A DNA stretch of 52,525 nt from Octopus bimaculoides (taxonomy: Eukaryota): NCBI RefSeq assembly GCF_001194135.2, contig NC_068990.1:73743968-73796492 (forward strand), read 5' to 3'. The position numbers were made by a program, and so were the translations under genes. This document shows, piece after piece, positions 49,369 through 52,525 of this stretch (position 1 is the stretch's first letter; every line of letters starts with the position of its first letter). The notes beneath the pieces are model-generated. The model was not told where the DNA came from. It searched no databases and saw only the letters and a program-made list of their open reading frames with translations.

Positions 49369-49871
49369 AATAATAATAATAATAACAATAATAACATCAG
49401 AAAAAAATACTTTAGGAATGAGAACCCAGGGTTGGGTTCAAAATTCGGACACCTGATGAAGGCTGAAGAGTAAATCAACGGAAACGTTATAGAAACAACA
49501 AACAAGATGACGAGACATCTGTCCAATGTAAATAATGTACAGAGTTCCTCATCTCTAAAATATTGAACAGCATGATTGTTGTTGTTTAGCCTTGAGAAAA
49601 CTTCATGTTTAAAGGTATACCAAGTGTGATCATCCCATTTTCAATTGTATATTGCGCAATATTGTCTAATGTGTCAAGCCCGCTTTAAGATGAGAGTATA
49701 TGATTAAGGGAGATTTTGTCTGGTAATGTCTAGCAGGCCAAGTAACTACTTAGAAATTCTCTTGGCTAACTTACACCAAAACTCTCCAGTACTACCCAAA
49801 GGATGGGTCATATCCTTGTGGCAATATGTGAAATAAAAATTTTATAACAAGTTGACATTTACTAGGAGCAT

Positions 49872-49906
<35 letters not shown>

Positions 49907-50182
49907 CCAAAAGAAGAGGAGTAGTCAACCCTCTCCTGCAGATGCAGGTGTGAAGGGGAGTAACATTTCTTTTGGATTATCATGCTTGTTAAGTAAAATG
50001 GTTTGTGCCAAATGTATATTTGCTCCCTTATCCCTTGGACTCTGAGGACCCCTTTCTACATTACAAACATTCACAAGCTGAATGCTACATAGAAAGAAAT
50101 GTTTCAGTCAAATTGTGGCATCACTTCTACTGTGTTGTCTTATTCCATTTCTCCAGTTGTATGACATTATTAACTCTCTGGT

Positions 50183-50397
50183 TAAGGTGGCGAGCTGGTA
50201 GAAATGTTAGTATGCTGGGCGAAATGCTTAATGGTATTTCGTCTGTTTTTATGTTCTGAGTTCAAATTCCGCTGAGGTTGACATTGCATTTCATCCTTTC
50301 GGAGTCAATAAATTAAGTACCAGTTGCATACTGAAGTCAATCTAATTGACATCCACCTCCCCCAAAATTTCAGGCCTTGTGCCTAGAGTAGAAAAGA
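50183..50397 (+). mobile_element. Meta-like SINE monomer
   Basis: aaggtggcgagctggtagaaatgttag...gagttcaaattccgctgagg...ggccttgtgcctagagtagaaaag. Confidence 0.85.
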
Positions 50398-50725
50398 ATG
50401 TCAACGCTTTCATCAAACATTGCCAGAGACCCTATTTTGAATATATTGCCAAAAGTGGTTTAACACTACTCTATGCTTCAGGCACTGCTCCTGGAAATGT
50501 AAGTATATATTGTTTCCTCCCTATGAAAATGCAATGAAAATCTAGCGAGTATTATTTGATTCGCAAGCATTCTCAACAAAATACAACTTGTTTTTCTTTT
50601 GAAATATTTATTAACTTATGTATTTAAAATATATTTCTAATATAATAATGAATGATGTAAGAAATAAGGAAAGATTCTTACAATGCAGAAATGAAAAAAA
50701 ACTTTTATATTTCAGGTGCAAAGGC

Positions 50726-51084
50726 TTATCTTCAGAAGAATAGAGTCAGATCCTGCCATTCAGGATAGCTGAATAGGAAGTGACTCTGTTTTAATCCAGT
50801 TCTTGTGCGAGTAGCTGCAGCTTTCCAAATCCTGAAGTTGTCGGTACCATGAGGGTCACATTGGGGATGGTGGTACTAGGGACCTACAACTAGTCTTCCA
50901 CCACTGTTCCAAGCACCACCATCCCCAATGCGACTTCTACTGCATCAATAATACCAACACTTGGGGAACTGTTGTTACTAGCACAAGAACCAAACTAAAA
51001 CTGGGGCACTTCCCATCTGGCTATCCAAGGTAGCAGGATCTATGTGAACATACATTTCATTGACAGTATTCTTCCGAAATATAA
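50726..51084. repeat. Long degenerate foldback: 135-bp ungapped inverted arms, 22-bp spacer, and a further ~23-bp outer stem
   Basis: 50749-50883 versus the reverse complement of 50906-51040: 92/135 identical by manual count; outer arms at 50726-50748 and 51061-51084. Confidence 0.9.
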
Positions 51085-52525
51085 TGGTCTTTTTTTAAAC
51101 TTCTGCATTGCTAGAATCTTTCCTGTTTTCTCATGTCATCTATTATTCTACTTCTGTACTACAATGCTTCAAGCAAACTACAACACTCTTATTTCTAATA
51201 TGTTATCATCCTTCTGTTAAAAAGTTGGAAGAACATCCAGCTATAGAAAACGGGTCAACACTCATGAGCAGAGTCTATAAGACCAGAGACTCCCACAAAA
51301 ATGTGATGTAAATGTATGTGTTGTATTACATGAAGATATTTTACTATTGCCCTTGCCACTCACTCCCCACAAGCTTTCAATCATTCTGTAACATCTCACC
51401 CTAAGACGCTGGCTGTGTCTCAGCGAGTGATTGTAACAAACACGCAGATTAAAAGTAAATAATTATAACAATAATATTATCATTAATTATGATGATAATG
51501 ATGATGATGATGATGACGATGAAAATAATGATGATAGTAATAAAAGTGCTAATACATGTTTGTATTCTTTTATGTTTGATGTGTATGTGTGTGTGCAAAA
51601 GCTCTTTGATAATAAAGAAATAATATGCACAAATATATAAAGTATCTCATGCTCATTCATAAATAATGAGAGTGTATGTTTGTATATGTACAGAACATAT
51701 TTCTCATTGTCTTCTTGCCCTTTTACAATACTCCTTTGTCTCATAATTTTTAACTCTGTCTACACACGAAACCAATTTTCAGTCATGTATGTATACAAGC
51801 ACATCAAAAGATTATGTACCTTAGTTAGAATCAAAGTACCAGACAAATGTCAGTGAGATAATGTGAATGAATAAGTGATCAATTGATGAAAGGTCCATAA
51901 TTCTTTGATCCATTTTCCAGCTCCAATTTTTCCTATAAATTCTGAAGAAATAATTTCCAAACATTGACTTTGATTAATCGATAAGTATCACTTGGGCAAT
52001 AGCAAGAAGATCTGCAAAGAAACAGATCAAATACCAATGATACCTACATGGGTTTCATGTGATTCTTTAAGAAGTCATACTACATGCCTTATCTATGCAA
52101 AAGTACCTAAATTTCAGTAATGATAAAACGAAACCAGGAACTGTTTGGCTGTTGAAGTCTATGAACAATAAACCACAATGAATTCTTCATTGCATCATTA
52201 ATATTTATCTTACAACATTTGCAAGCTATAGCTGATAAACTGGTATCTGGTTTCACTTTTTTAACAATGACAATTAAATAACTACAACTTACTCATTTTT
52301 CTTGATTTAAAACATAGATTGAAGTAGTTAAAAAATAGAAATGTTGTTATGTATAGCCTAGAATTATGAAATTTTGTTCACATTCTAACTTCGTGTTTTG
52401 GAGAAAGAAATCAAGCAAAATAATATTTTAAAAAAACTCTATAACAATACATTTCTTAAATAATCTATATTTAAGATTTACTATTTAAAACATTTCAGCT
52501 ACATTTCATTTTTATTTGGTTATTT

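Noticed and set aside
51840-52110. Protein-like minus-strand stretch (QCLEIISSEFIGKIGAGKWIKELW) with a strong acceptor near 52015
   Set aside because: All frames from that acceptor hit stops before a donor, and no family was recognised.

Overview
AT-rich, microsatellite-saturated animal genomic DNA with ten N gaps. The SINE families and repeat landscape are most consistent with an octopus (coleoid cephalopod) short-read assembly; this is an inference from repeat families, not a database hit. No intact, recognisable host protein-coding gene was found, and nearly all listed ORFs are microsatellite or N-gap artefacts. The window is a nest of mobile elements: four short retroposon families (CORE-like with an internal microsatellite, Meta-like, V-like, and an RTE-tailed (GAT)n family with 66-bp 5' monomers), three R4/Dong-type LINE fragments abutting (TAA)n tracts, two RTE LINE 3' fragments, and four IS630-Tc1-mariner relics, including a near-complete DD34E Tc1 with 38-bp TIRs. 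Structures not explained by these annotations: a 21-bp minisatellite in which most units carry TTC-N3-GAA (STAT-type) and GAA-N2-TTC (HSE/kappaB-like) motifs, a ~360-bp foldback with an ungapped 135-bp core just downstream of a splice acceptor, a 42-bp inverted repeat, and alternating CpG-retaining and CpG-depleted domains that may mark gene boundaries. SINE coordinates are approximate (about +/-15 bp); TIR, TSD and stop-codon coordinates were counted by hand.
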